DNA of 64,000 nt, from assembly GCA_036398095.1 (NCBI GenBank), contig DASWHR010000127.1, forward strand, positions 1,995 to 65,994, in the 5' to 3' direction. Shown one piece after another: positions 17,307 through 27,267 of this stretch. The position numbers and the translations under genes are program-made. Source of the DNA: Actinomycetota bacterium. Its GTDB lineage: Bacteria > Actinomycetota > AC-67. The stretch's first letter is position 1. Each line of letters opens with the position of its first letter. Below the pieces are notes generated by a model. That model saw only the letters and a list, made by a program, of their open reading frames with translations, had not been told where the DNA came from and searched no databases.

Positions 17307-18760
17307 GACGGCTGCGCCAGCGGGATCTCGACGCGCACCCGCGTTCCGTGATCGGACTCGAGCATGATCGCGCCGCCCAATTCGCTCTCGACGAGCGTCC
17401 GAACGATCTGCAGACCCAGGTTGGAGCTCCGATCGAGCGTGAAGCCTTCGGGGAGTCCCGCGCCGTCATCGGCCACGGTCAACCGGAAGTTCAACCCGCG
17501 TCGCTCGATCGTGACGGCGACGCTCCCGCCGCCTTCGCCAAAGGCGTGATCGACCGCGTTCTGGCACAACTCGTTGAGAACAAGCGCGAGAGGGGTCGCG
17601 ACATCGGCGTCGATCTCGCCGGCGCCGCCCGTGAGCGTGAAACGAACCGGACGGTCTGGCGCGGTGAGCGACTCGCCGACCATCTCCACGACCCGCTGCG
17701 CGACTTGATCGAACTCGACCAGCTCGCTCGAATCCTGGGAGAGCGTTTCGTGCACGAGCGCGATCGAGGAGATGCGCCGGATCGCCTCTTCCAACGCCTC
17801 CTTTCCTTCCGCCGTCCCGACCCGGCGCGTCTGCATCCGCAGCAGCGAGGCCACCGTCTGCAGGTTGTTCTTGACGCGATGGTGAATTTCTCGAATGGTC
17901 GCGTCCTTGAGCACCAGCATGCGATCCCGCCGGCGCAGCTCGGTCGTGTCACGGACGAATCCGAGCGCGCCCTCGACGACGCCTTTGTGCACGATCGGGA
18001 TGAAGCGACGGAGTACGAACGCGCCGTTGGCTTCGATCTCGCTGGTGACCGGCCGTCCGGCCATCAACCGGGCGAGCACCGCCTTGTCTTCGACCTCGGA
18101 TCCGCCGAGCGGCTCGTCCACCAGGTTCGCCGTCACTCCCAGCCGCCGGTAGGCGCTGACGGCATTCGGGCTGACGTAGGTGACGACGCCGGCTTTGTCG
18201 ATCCGCATGAAGCCGTCCCCGACGCGCAAGGGGATTTCATGCTCGGGCTGATCGCCGTCGAACGGGAACTCGCCGTCGGCGATCATCCGCGCCAGGTCGC
18301 CGGCCGCCTGCAGATAGGACAGCTCCAACTTCGACGGGGTCCGCGCGGTGGACAGGTTCTGCTCGCTGGAGACGGCGGCGATGACGCGCCCATCGCATCG
18401 CACCGGGATGACCTCCTCGCGAATCGGGATGCCGTCGCGCCATTCCGGATCGCCTTCGCGCACGATCCGCTCTTCGCTGATCGCGCGAGCGACGCGCGGG
18501 CGCCTAAGAACCATCGCGCCGACCATGTCCTCTTGATACAACGTCTGCGCGGGAAACGGCCGCACCTGCGCCAGCACGACGTAGCCGTCGCCGTCGCGGA
18601 GCGGCGCGAACAGCAGCAAGTCGGCAAAGTTGAAATCGGCGAGCATCTGCCAATCGGCGACGAGCCGCTGCAGATGCATCACATCGCGCTCGCCCAGATC
18701 GGTGAAGCGGCGCGCCAACGGGCGAAGCGGATACATGACGCCGCCAGCATAGCCGGGCAC
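17303..18760 (-). CDS. pdtaS: PdtaS-type sensor histidine kinase (GAF-PAS-HisKA_2-HATPase)
   Basis: The H-box EIHHRVKNNLQTVASLLRMQ is present. N/G boxes: NELCQNAVDHAF, DDGAGLP. It is cytoplasmic (no TM). It sits adjacent to whiB as in mycobacteria. The start may be MYPLRPL (18736). Confidence 0.85.
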   Translation of the reverse strand: MPGYAGGVMYPLRPLARRFTDLGERDVMHLQRLVADWQMLADFNFADLLLFAPLRDGDGYVVLAQVRPFPAQTLYQEDMVGAMVLRRPRVARAISEERIVREGDPEWRDGIPIREEVIPVRCDGRVIAAVSSEQNLSTARTPSKLELSYLQAAGDLARMIADGEFPFDGDQPEHEIPLRVGDGFMRIDKAGVVTYVSPNAVSAYRRLGVTANLVDEPLGGSEVEDKAVLARLMAGRPVTSEIEANGAFVLRRFIPIVHKGVVEGALGFVRDTTELRRRDRMLVLKDATIREIHHRVKNNLQTVASLLRMQTRRVGTAEGKEALEEAIRRISSIALVHETLSQDSSELVEFDQVAQRVVEMVGESLTAPDRPVRFTLTGGAGEIDADVATPLALVLNELCQNAVDHAFGEGGGSVAVTIERRGLNFRLTVADDGAGLPEGFTLDRSSNLGLQIVRTLVESELGGAIMLESDHGTRVRVEIPLAQPS

Positions 18761-18786
18761 GCCGGGGCGGATGGTAGCGTTCGGGC

Positions 18787-19668
18787 ATGCGGTCGCCTGC
18801 CGAGGGATTTCGCGTCGGACACTGGACCGACTCCTCCGTTCCGACCGGCTGCACGGTCATCCTGCCGCCGCCGGGCAACGTGTCCTCGTGCGACGTGCGC
18901 GGGCTCGCGCCGGGCTCGCGCGAGCTGGCCGCCCTCGCGCCGGCGATGCCGCGCAGCGAGGTGCACGCGGTGATGCTCGCCGGCGGCAGCGCCTTCGGGC
19001 TGGCCGCGGCCGATGGAGCGATGCGCTGGTGCGCCGAGCGCGGCATCGGCTTTCGCGCCGGCCCCGTCGTCGTTCCGATCGTCCCGGCGGCCGTCGTGTT
19101 CGATCTCGCCGCCGCGCCGGGCATGCGAAAGCCCGACGCCGACGCCGGCTACGCGGCGTGCGAGGCCGCGTCCCCGGGGGCCGTGGAGCGCGGCCGCGTC
19201 GGCGCCGGCGCCGGCGCGTCGGTCGGAAAATGGGCCGGCCTGGATCACCGGTCGCCCGGAGGGCTCGGGCTGGCCGTCGCCGAACACGACGGCGTGACGG
19301 TCGCCGCGCTCGCCGTGGTCAACGCCTTCGGCGACGTGATCGGCGAGGACGGATCGATCATCGCCGGCACGCGCGCCCCCGACCCGTCTCTGCGCGACGT
19401 CGAGGCAGCGCAGTGGTCGCCGAACACGGTGCTGGCCGTGGTGGCGACGACCGCAACGATCGGCAAGCGCGAGTCCGCCTTCGTGGCCTCGCGCGGCAGC
19501 GACGGCATCACGCGTGCCGTCCGCCCGGCGCACACCCACTACGACGGTGACGTCGTGTTCGCCGTCGCCGCCCCGGGCGAGCGCCCCGCGACACGCCGCG
19601 AAATCGATCTTCTCGGCATGCTCGCATCCGACGCCGTCGCGGCCGCGATCCGCGACGCGGTCGCATAG
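18787..19668 (+). CDS. P1/S58 (DmpA/BapA-type) family peptidase
   Basis: GFRVGHWTD...TGCTVIL and LAGGSAFGL motifs, plus a C-terminal TLLAVVATTA-type nucleophile region. Confidence 0.8.
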   Translation: MRSPAEGFRVGHWTDSSVPTGCTVILPPPGNVSSCDVRGLAPGSRELAALAPAMPRSEVHAVMLAGGSAFGLAAADGAMRWCAERGIGFRAGPVVVPIVPAAVVFDLAAAPGMRKPDADAGYAACEAASPGAVERGRVGAGAGASVGKWAGLDHRSPGGLGLAVAEHDGVTVAALAVVNAFGDVIGEDGSIIAGTRAPDPSLRDVEAAQWSPNTVLAVVATTATIGKRESAFVASRGSDGITRAVRPAHTHYDGDVVFAVAAPGERPATRREIDLLGMLASDAVAAAIRDAVA

Positions 19669-19681
19669 CCCGCAAAGGCGT

Positions 19682-19709
19682 GCCGCGGCCGGCCGCAGTC
19701 GGCCGCGGC
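19682..19709. terminator. 10-bp GC hairpin between convergent genes
   Basis: GCCGCGGCCG / CGGCCGCGGC with an 8-nt loop. No clear U-tract. Confidence 0.45.
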
Positions 19710-19733
19710 GGTGTGGGGCACGATGACCGCGCC

Positions 19734-20906
19734 TTACGGAGGCTTCTCCTGCCCCGCCGGCCGGATCATGCGGCAGTTCGGTGGATCGCCTTCGATCCTC
19801 CACCCGAGGTGCGTCTTCAGGGAGTGGTGATACGCGCACAGCCGATGCAGATTCTCCAGCGACGTCGGCCCTCCGCGGCCGTATTCGATCCGATGGTCGC
19901 GTTCCAGGCCGCGTCGGCGCGTGCATCCTTTGATCGCGCAGCGCTCATCGCGCGCCTCGAGCGCCGAACGAACCAGTGCCGGCACATATCGACCCGTGTT
20001 CACCACACCCGATAGGTTCCCGTCGTTGCGAATGGCGATCTTGAGCATCCCGCCCGGCTGCGCGGCCAGCCGCCGGGCCGCCGCGACCGTCGTGGGACCG
20101 ACGCCGGCGATCTCGCACCGCTCCCCCGGCTCCGCACGACCGCGATCCCACGCCGGCTGGTCCACGTATACGTAGACCGTCGCCCGAACGGCCACGTCCT
20201 TCGCGCTGCCTCCGGAGCCGATCTTCGCCGGCATCGAGCAGAACGCATCCGCCATGTGCGCCTCGTGCGGCTCGATCACTCCCGCCCGCCGCGACTCGGC
20301 AGCGCGGCGATCAGCCGCCGCTTGGAGCCACACCATCATGGGCGCGGCCTGATCCGCGGTCATTCGTCCATCGACTCGCACCGCCAGCGGCCCATCGGCG
20401 CGGAACCGAAGGGAGCGAGTCCGATGCACCCGCTCATGCTCGTCGTCGCCGGCCGCCGCCGCGCGCACCATCCGGCACTTTTCTCGCAGCTCAGCCGCCG
20501 TCCCCGCCGAGGCAGCGGCCAGCAGCGTCGCCTCAGACGCCGGATCCGCCTGCGCGGCCTGGGCGATCTCCGCGGCCTGCTGCACCGACACCCGGCCCGC
20601 TGCGAGCGCAGACCGGGTCGCCGGCGCCGACGCCAGCGCTTTCGCCGTCTTCACCGACGCGATCGCGTGGCCCATCGTGACGCCGGATCGCTCCGCGGCC
20701 CATTGCGTCACCGACTCATGCCCGCCGCCCTGCCACGCCCGCAAGCGCTCGACGGCCGCCAACGCCGCGAGCCGCCCCGCCTCCGCGACCCGCCCGATCC
20801 GCTCGAACGCGTCCAGCAGCGCCACCGGGTCCGCATCCGCGGGGACCCGCCCGGCACCGACGGCACCCTCGAGCTCGGCCGCGATCCGTTTCAATAAGGA
20901 CAACAT
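19734..20906 (-). CDS. HNH endonuclease with N-terminal DUF222 (REP13E12-like)
   Basis: The N-terminal region is DUF222-type. The C-terminus carries the HNH motifs C.IKGC....LERDHRIEY..GGPTSLENLHRLCAYHH. Confidence 0.85.
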   Translation of the reverse strand: MLSLLKRIAAELEGAVGAGRVPADADPVALLDAFERIGRVAEAGRLAALAAVERLRAWQGGGHESVTQWAAERSGVTMGHAIASVKTAKALASAPATRSALAAGRVSVQQAAEIAQAAQADPASEATLLAAASAGTAAELREKCRMVRAAAAGDDEHERVHRTRSLRFRADGPLAVRVDGRMTADQAAPMMVWLQAAADRRAAESRRAGVIEPHEAHMADAFCSMPAKIGSGGSAKDVAVRATVYVYVDQPAWDRGRAEPGERCEIAGVGPTTVAAARRLAAQPGGMLKIAIRNDGNLSGVVNTGRYVPALVRSALEARDERCAIKGCTRRRGLERDHRIEYGRGGPTSLENLHRLCAYHHSLKTHLGWRIEGDPPNCRMIRPAGQEKPP

Positions 20907-20996
20907 GACAGCCCCGATTATCGAACATCTGTACGACCGAGTCCATTCCGAGAAGAACGAGCAGAACCGGACATCCGGGCAGGCCGCGAGGCCGCC

Positions 20997-21614
20997 CTAC
21001 CCGCGCGCCGTGGACAGCCACGTTCCCGTGCGGGCATCGACGAAAATCAGGCCGAAGGAGAACGGCGGATCCGAGGGATTGCAAATCACGCCGCACCGCC
21101 CGAATTCTCCGTTCGGGGGCCACATCGACACGATCCAGAAGTCATCGACCGGCACCCCCGCCGAGGACCACGCGGGAGGATTCTCCGGCGTGCTGGCAAG
21201 GACCGACTCCAGAACGATCGTGCCCGGCGGGAACGAGCCGCCAACGATTGTGCTCGTGCGCCCCAGTGCGATCTGTTCCGCCCGCTCCTTCGATAGGGGC
21301 GGATCGTTCGTCGACGGTGCTCGCAACCCGTACCGGCAGCACGCTTCCGCGATCTGCCCCGGGGTTACGGACGTCATCGTTGGCGCGCCCCCGCCACCGG
21401 ACACCGGAGCCGCAGCACCATCGCCGAGCGCACGGCGAACGACACCGGCGCCGAGCCCCGCACCGCACACGATGGCGACGCTCAGCAGAATGATCCCGCT
21501 CCCGTTTCGGATCCGGCGCCGGCGCGCCCGTCGCAATACCGCCGGCGACGGCTGCGCGACCACGGGCGCCGACGCAATGTCGGCAAGAAGATCGCGGATC
21601 TTCGCTTCGATCAT
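20997..21614 (-). CDS. single-pass membrane protein, candidate anti-sigma factor
   Basis: The start overlaps the ECF sigma stop (ATGA). Cytoplasmic N-terminus, one TM (GIILLSVAIVCGAGLGAGVV) and an extracytoplasmic domain. No ZAS motif. Confidence 0.6.
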   Translation of the reverse strand: MIEAKIRDLLADIASAPVVAQPSPAVLRRARRRRIRNGSGIILLSVAIVCGAGLGAGVVRRALGDGAAAPVSGGGGAPTMTSVTPGQIAEACCRYGLRAPSTNDPPLSKERAEQIALGRTSTIVGGSFPPGTIVLESVLASTPENPPAWSSAGVPVDDFWIVSMWPPNGEFGRCGVICNPSDPPFSFGLIFVDARTGTWLSTARG

Positions 21615-22123
21615 GACGTGCCTCCCAACGCTGTCCTCATCGCCTCGACGCCGCGAGACACCAAGGACTTGACGGTGCCGCGGCGGCATCCAAGAATCTC
21701 GGCCGTCTCGGCTTCCGAGAGATCGCAATAGAAGCGAAGGGCCAATGCGGCACGCTGCCTCTCCGGCAAGGTCATCAGCGCCCGGCTCAGCCGGTCGCGC
21801 TCCTCGATCTCCGGCGAGAGCGTCGCCGGCTCCCGGCGCGACCACACCAGCGGCTCGTGGCGCCCGGCCACAATGCGGCGGCGCGCCCGCATCTTCGACG
21901 CGTTGATCACCGCCCGCCTCAGGTAGACCGGAAACATCTCGCGGTTGCGCAGATCGGCGAAACGACCCACCGCCCGAATGAACGCTTCCTGCGCCAGGTC
22001 TTCGGCATCATCGACAGACCCGGTAAGAACGCGCGCCAACCGAATCGCGGCCGGCAGATGCGCAACGTACAGGTCCGCCATCCGACCGGACGTCACGGGC
22101 TCACCGGCGAGATCGATCTCCAT
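21611..22123 (-). CDS. ECF-type RNA polymerase sigma-70 factor
   Basis: Region 2 (DAEDLAQEAFIRA) and region 4 (LPERQRAALALRFYCDLSEAETAEILGCRRGTVKS). Confidence 0.85.
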   Translation of the reverse strand: MEIDLAGEPVTSGRMADLYVAHLPAAIRLARVLTGSVDDAEDLAQEAFIRAVGRFADLRNREMFPVYLRRAVINASKMRARRRIVAGRHEPLVWSRREPATLSPEIEERDRLSRALMTLPERQRAALALRFYCDLSEAETAEILGCRRGTVKSLVSRGVEAMRTALGGTS

Positions 22124-22182
22124 ACCCCCAATGATGCCCGGCTCCACCGTTCGGTTCCCGCCGGGACGTGTCGGAGGAGGGG

Positions 22183-22971
22183 CTAACGACCGCGGAACTC
22201 CGGGACGCGACGCTCGCGCAGCGCGGCAAGGCCTTCGCGCAGATCCTCGCTCGCCGCGGCCTGAAGCGCGAGCGCGTCGTGGCGTTCGAACAGCGCGGCG
22301 TCGCGCGTCCGGTCCACCGGGCCGTGATCGATGATGGCTCGCAGGCCGGCTTTGCTTCCGCGGACCGACAACGGCGCGCATGAGGCGACTTTCTCGGCCA
22401 GCTCCGCGACGGCCGTCGCCAGATTCTTGCGGGGGACGGCCGCGTTGACCAGGCCGCGCTGCGCGGCCTCGACGCCGGTCCATTCGCGCCCGGACAGCAG
22501 CATTTCGCGAACGGTGGGGATGCCCAGCACAACGGCCATTCGCTGGATCTTTTCAAGATCCAGCAGCAAGCCGAGTCGCGCGCTCGGTATGCCGATCCGC
22601 GCGTCCTCGGCGGCGACGGCCAGATCGCAGGCGGCCAGCAACTGGCAGCCCGCACCGAGCGCCGCCCCGTGAACGCCGGCGACCACCGGCAGGGGATGCG
22701 CTTCGATCGCGCGCAGGAGCGACTCGAACCCGGCGCCGTAGCGGGCACCGGCCGCCGCGCCGGCCGCGACGTCGCCGAAGTCCGCGCCGGCGCAAAAATG
22801 CTCGCCTTCGCCTTGCAGCACGATGCAGCGCGCGGCCGGATCGCCGGCGGCGGCGCCCAGCGCGGCCTGCAGGGCGTCGAGCATGGCGGCGTTGAGCGCG
22901 TTGCGCTGCTCCGGACGCCGCAGCGTGATCAGCGTGACGCGTCCGGTCGCGACCGAGACCAGCTCGCTCAT
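22183..22971 (-). CDS. enoyl-CoA hydratase/isomerase family protein
   Basis: Crotonase motifs LRRPEQRNAL, FCAGADF and GAALGAGCQL. Confidence 0.9.
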   Translation of the reverse strand: MSELVSVATGRVTLITLRRPEQRNALNAAMLDALQAALGAAAGDPAARCIVLQGEGEHFCAGADFGDVAAGAAAGARYGAGFESLLRAIEAHPLPVVAGVHGAALGAGCQLLAACDLAVAAEDARIGIPSARLGLLLDLEKIQRMAVVLGIPTVREMLLSGREWTGVEAAQRGLVNAAVPRKNLATAVAELAEKVASCAPLSVRGSKAGLRAIIDHGPVDRTRDAALFERHDALALQAAASEDLREGLAALRERRVPEFRGR

Positions 22972-23180
22972 TCGATGACCGCGATCACGTCGCCTTCTTG
23001 AACGACGCCGCCTTCCTGAACGTTGACCGCGGAGACGGTACCGGCCTGGGGGGCCTCGACGGGGATCTCCATCTTCATGGACTCAAGGATCACCAGCGTG
23101 TCGCCTTCCGCGACCGTTGCGCCGGGCTCGACGAGCACCTTCCAGACGTTCGCCACCATTTCCGCTTCGACGTTGGCCAT
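22968..23180 (-). CDS. stand-alone biotinyl-domain carrier protein (BCCP-like, 70 aa)
   Basis: Biotinylation motif ESMKMEIPV. The stop overlaps the hydratase start. Confidence 0.85.
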   Translation of the reverse strand: MANVEAEMVANVWKVLVEPGATVAEGDTLVILESMKMEIPVEAPQAGTVSAVNVQEGGVVQEGDVIAVIE

Positions 23181-23405
23181 CCACCGCTCCTTCGCTCGGA
23201 TCGCCGCAGTCGTGCCACGGCTCGGGTCGGATTCTTCCGGAACGACGCCGTGGGAGCAAACCACCGCGTTGCCCGGGCGCGCCGACGCGCGGCGTTCGTC
23301 CCTTCCGCTCCGTCCCGATATGAAAACAGGAACAAATGGCGGTAATCCGGCAGCGCCAAAGGGGACCGCCCGGGGCGAATCGAACGTGATGGGCGGGAGG
23401 GGTTC

Positions 23406-26400
23406 ATGAACGTTCGCTCCAGGGTTCGAGCGGCGCTTCCGGCGCTTGCGATTGCCGCGACGATGCTCGCGCCGGTTCCGGCGTCGGCTGCGCCGCTCGT
23501 CGTCGTCCAGTTGACACCGTCGAACGGGTCGACGGTGTATCCGCCTGCCCAGATCCGGGTCGAGTTCAACCAATGCGTGGACCTGCCGCGCTCGTCGCTG
23601 GAGCTGCGCAGCCCGCAAGGCACGCTGGTGAGCGTCTTCGTCTCGTACCCGAGCTGCAGCAGCATCGTGATCGGTCCGACCGAGACGATCGGAAGCGGCC
23701 AGTTCACGATCTTCGCGTTCGGCGTCACCATCGGCGGCAGCAGCGTGTCGCATAGCGCGACCTTCTTCTCGGACGGCATCGCGCCGGTCCCGCCCGACCC
23801 GGCGATGACGCATCCGATCAACGACGCCAACCGGACCAAGGTTTTCGTGACCGGAACCGGTGAGCCCGGCTCGAGCGTGTTCGTGGTCATCGACGACGAC
23901 AACGGATCCACGCCGGCCGTCGCGTGCGGCGTGTCCGGCCAGCCCCCGTGCGGTCTCGTCGGCGCGGGCGGGCTCTTCGCGGTCGGACCGTTCAACGTGA
24001 CCGGGCTGGACGACTCGCCGGTTCCGTCGACCGTGCTCTCGACGCTGTCGATCAAGGCGACGGTGACCCTGACCGATGCCGCGATGAACGTCTCCCCTCC
24101 GCGCTTCGCCTTCGCGTTCAAAGACGTCCTGTATCCGGCGGCGCCCGCGATCGACTTCCCGTCGGCCGGCATGACCAACGCGAACCAGCGGTGGACCGTC
24201 ACCGGAACGGTCGCGTCACAAGCCGGCTTCGAGCACATGGACCTGCTGCTCTACGACAACGGCGTCGCGGCCGCAACGACGCGCGGCCGCTGCGCGAGCG
24301 GCGTCTGCGCCTGGCACGGCACGATCGTGTCGAACCCGGGCGCGCGAACCTTCGCGGCGCGGGCGCGCGACGCGGCCGGCAACGTCGGACCGTCGTCGCC
24401 GACCGTGGGCGTGACGGTGTCGTCGTCCACCAGTACCGGGCCGATCCGTCCGAGCATCGACATCGACCCCTTCCCGGTCAAGGACGAGTTGTCCGTGTCG
24501 GGCGTGGCGCAGGCAGGCGCGGCGATCGAGATCAAGATCGACGCGGCGCCGTTCGCGGCGTGCGCGACGGCCTCGTTCGGACCGGGAACTCCGAACTATG
24601 CGTGCGGGCCCTTCGACACGTCGGCGCTCGCGCCGGGCATCTTCCCGACGTTGCTGCGAGACCCGTCGGCCAACGGCGGCGTCGCCGGCGTCGCGGTGCT
24701 CAAGGATGTCGTCGCGCCGGTCGCGCCGACCGTTCAATTCACCGACCCCGGTCCGTGGGTCAACGCGCAGCAGGCTTCGTCGCTCCAACTGGACGGCTCG
24801 GCCGAACCGTTCGCGTCGGTGACGGGAACGGTCGCCTCGACCGGCGGCGGCACGTCGGTGGTCTTCACCGGGCAGACCGACGTGTTCGGCAACTGGCACG
24901 CCGTCACGAACGTGGCGCTGCTCAACGACGGCTGCCTCTCGGTGACGGTCAACGCCGTCGACGCCCGCGGGAACGTCTCGGCGGCGGGGACGGCCCCGTG
25001 CGGTCCGACGCTCGACCAGACGGCGCCGCCGGCGCCGGTGATCGTCGTCCCGGCCGAAGGCGCCACCGTGACCTCGACGACGTTCGCCGTGTCCGGCACG
25101 GCCGGCGGCGGCGCGGCGACGGTGCAGGTCTTCGAAGGCGCGACGCTGAAGGCGACCGGAACGGCCGCCGCGTTCTCCGGCGCCGGCATCGCGATCACCG
25201 TCTTCAACGACGGGATCAAGGTGCTGCGCGCGCGCTCGTTCGACCCGGCCGGCAACGTCTCGCCGTTGTCGGCGCCGCGCACGATTCTCCTCGACGCGAA
25301 CGGTCCGGTGCTCGCATCGACCAGCCCGCCGAACAACGGGATCACCAACCCGTCGGCGACCATCACCGCGACCTATACCGATCCCGATCACGCGAGCCTG
25401 GGTTCGTGCACCTTGACGGTCCGCGACAGCGGCGGCGCGCTCGCGATGGGATCGGTCACGGGATCGGGCCTGTCGTGCATCTTCACGGCGGCTTCGGGCG
25501 CGCTCACCGTCGCCGGCAGTCCATACACGGCCACGGTGCAGGCGACCGACCCGGCCGGCAATCAGTCCCAGGTGGACACCTGGCAGTTCTCGATCGACGA
25601 TCAGCCGCCCGCAGCGCCGGTCTTCACCTCGCCGCCCGAAGGGGCGCTCACCGGATCGCCGGTGCAGTTCCAAGGGACCGCCGAACCCGGCTCGACGGTG
25701 CAGCTCTTCTTCGGCGCGACGTTCCTCGGCGGGTCGTTCGCGAATCCGAACTGGTCGATCAGCGCGTTGTTCTCGGACGGCAGCTACACGCTCACCGCCG
25801 TCGCGATCGACGCGGCCGGCAACGTCGGACCCGGCGCGAACCGCTCGATCGTGGTGGACACCACCGCGCCGGCGCCGCCGATCATCACCGCGCCTGCATC
25901 GGGCGCGACGGTCGCGCCGAACACGCCGGTCACCGGAACCGCCGAGGCGGGCGCGACGGTGCGCCTGTTCGAAGGAGCGCTCCTGCTCGGCGAGACGGTC
26001 GCGAACCCGAACTGGTCGATCACGCCGTCCACGCTCGGCGGCGGACCGCACACCGTGACGGCGTTCGCGGTGGATCCCGCCGGCAACACCAGCGCCGGAT
26101 CGTCGCGTTCCTACATCATCGACGCCGCGGCTCCGTCCCAGCCGGTCATCACCGCCCCGGCCGAAGGCGCGTTCTTGCCCTCGACCGGCGTTACCGTCTC
26201 GGGCACCGCCGAGACCGGCAGCACCGTGCGCATCTTCGAAGGAGCCGCCCTGCTCGGCACGCAGCTCGCGACGCCGTCGTGGTCGTTCCCGCTGACCTTC
26301 ACCGAAGCCGCGCACACCGTCCGGGTAAACTCGACCGACATCGCCGGCAACGTCTCAACGGACGCAACCCGATCGTTCACCGTCGATATCACCGCGCCGG

Positions 26401-27263
26401 GCGCGCCCTCGATCTTGTCGCCGGCCAACGGCAGCCTGCAGCCCGCCACGTTCACGCTGTCGGGAATCGCCGAGCGTCTCGCGCTCGTCGAAATCTTCGA
26501 AGGCGCCACGCTGATCACCTCGACCACCGCGACGTCCACCGGAACCTGGACCGCGTCCGTCACCGCGAGCGACGGGCCGCACACCTATACGGCGCGGCAG
26601 ACCGATCAGGCCGGCAACGTCGGACCGCTTTCGCCGGGCCGGCTGATCAACGTCGATGCCATCCCGCCGGGACCGCCCACGATCACCTCGCCGGTGGAAG
26701 GCGCAGTGCTCAAGCGCCGCGTGTCGATTCAGGGAACGGCCGCCGAGCCGGGCGGCGTGGTCACGATCCTGGAGAGCGGGCAGCCGATCGCGGTCGCGCA
26801 AGTGAGCGGCGCCGGCACGTGGGAGGTCGTCTACGACTTCCCCAACGACGCGACGCATTCGATCGTCGCGCGACAAACCGACCTCGCCGGCAACGTGGGC
26901 GGCGACAGCGCGCTGCGCACGTTCATCACGGACGGCACGCCGCCGACGATCGACATGGCGACGGCCGGGTTCTACCCCGCGGCACCGTTCGTGTCGATCG
27001 CGACACCGACCTTCACCGGCTCGGCGTCCGACAACCGAGGCGTTACCCAGGTCGATGTGCGGATTCTGGATCTGCTCGGGAGCGTCGCTTCCAGCGGACA
27101 GGCGATCTGCGCCTGCGGCAACACGGCGACGCCGGTGACGTGGACCTATACACCGCCCGGCCTGCTGCCCGGCATCTACACGATCGAAGTGACCGGCACC
27201 GACCAGGCCGGCAACGTCACCGCGCCGCCGGCGAAGCTCACCTTCGTGACGCTCGGCCTGTGA
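23406..27263 (+). CDS. secreted Ig-like domain repeat protein (1285 aa)
   Basis: Signal peptide ending PASAAP. At least 9 modules of about 90 aa follow the pattern D..AP..P.I..P..G......V.GTAE.G.TV..FEG......A...W......H.....D.AGN.S. Confidence 0.85.
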   Translation: MNVRSRVRAALPALAIAATMLAPVPASAAPLVVVQLTPSNGSTVYPPAQIRVEFNQCVDLPRSSLELRSPQGTLVSVFVSYPSCSSIVIGPTETIGSGQFTIFAFGVTIGGSSVSHSATFFSDGIAPVPPDPAMTHPINDANRTKVFVTGTGEPGSSVFVVIDDDNGSTPAVACGVSGQPPCGLVGAGGLFAVGPFNVTGLDDSPVPSTVLSTLSIKATVTLTDAAMNVSPPRFAFAFKDVLYPAAPAIDFPSAGMTNANQRWTVTGTVASQAGFEHMDLLLYDNGVAAATTRGRCASGVCAWHGTIVSNPGARTFAARARDAAGNVGPSSPTVGVTVSSSTSTGPIRPSIDIDPFPVKDELSVSGVAQAGAAIEIKIDAAPFAACATASFGPGTPNYACGPFDTSALAPGIFPTLLRDPSANGGVAGVAVLKDVVAPVAPTVQFTDPGPWVNAQQASSLQLDGSAEPFASVTGTVASTGGGTSVVFTGQTDVFGNWHAVTNVALLNDGCLSVTVNAVDARGNVSAAGTAPCGPTLDQTAPPAPVIVVPAEGATVTSTTFAVSGTAGGGAATVQVFEGATLKATGTAAAFSGAGIAITVFNDGIKVLRARSFDPAGNVSPLSAPRTILLDANGPVLASTSPPNNGITNPSATITATYTDPDHASLGSCTLTVRDSGGALAMGSVTGSGLSCIFTAASGALTVAGSPYTATVQATDPAGNQSQVDTWQFSIDDQPPAAPVFTSPPEGALTGSPVQFQGTAEPGSTVQLFFGATFLGGSFANPNWSISALFSDGSYTLTAVAIDAAGNVGPGANRSIVVDTTAPAPPIITAPASGATVAPNTPVTGTAEAGATVRLFEGALLLGETVANPNWSITPSTLGGGPHTVTAFAVDPAGNTSAGSSRSYIIDAAAPSQPVITAPAEGAFLPSTGVTVSGTAETGSTVRIFEGAALLGTQLATPSWSFPLTFTEAAHTVRVNSTDIAGNVSTDATRSFTVDITAPGAPSILSPANGSLQPATFTLSGIAERLALVEIFEGATLITSTTATSTGTWTASVTASDGPHTYTARQTDQAGNVGPLSPGRLINVDAIPPGPPTITSPVEGAVLKRRVSIQGTAAEPGGVVTILESGQPIAVAQVSGAGTWEVVYDFPNDATHSIVARQTDLAGNVGGDSALRTFITDGTPPTIDMATAGFYPAAPFVSIATPTFTGSASDNRGVTQVDVRILDLLGSVASSGQAICACGNTATPVTWTYTPPGLLPGIYTIEVTGTDQAGNVTAPPAKLTFVTLGL

Positions 27264-27267
27264 CGGC

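Noticed and set aside
22124-22182. An ECF autoregulated promoter (GGAAC ... GTC/CGTT) upstream of the ECF sigma gene.
   Set aside because: A GGGAAC is present on the minus strand, but no convincing -10 element lies at 16-17 nt. The gene may be co-transcribed with the upstream hydratase.
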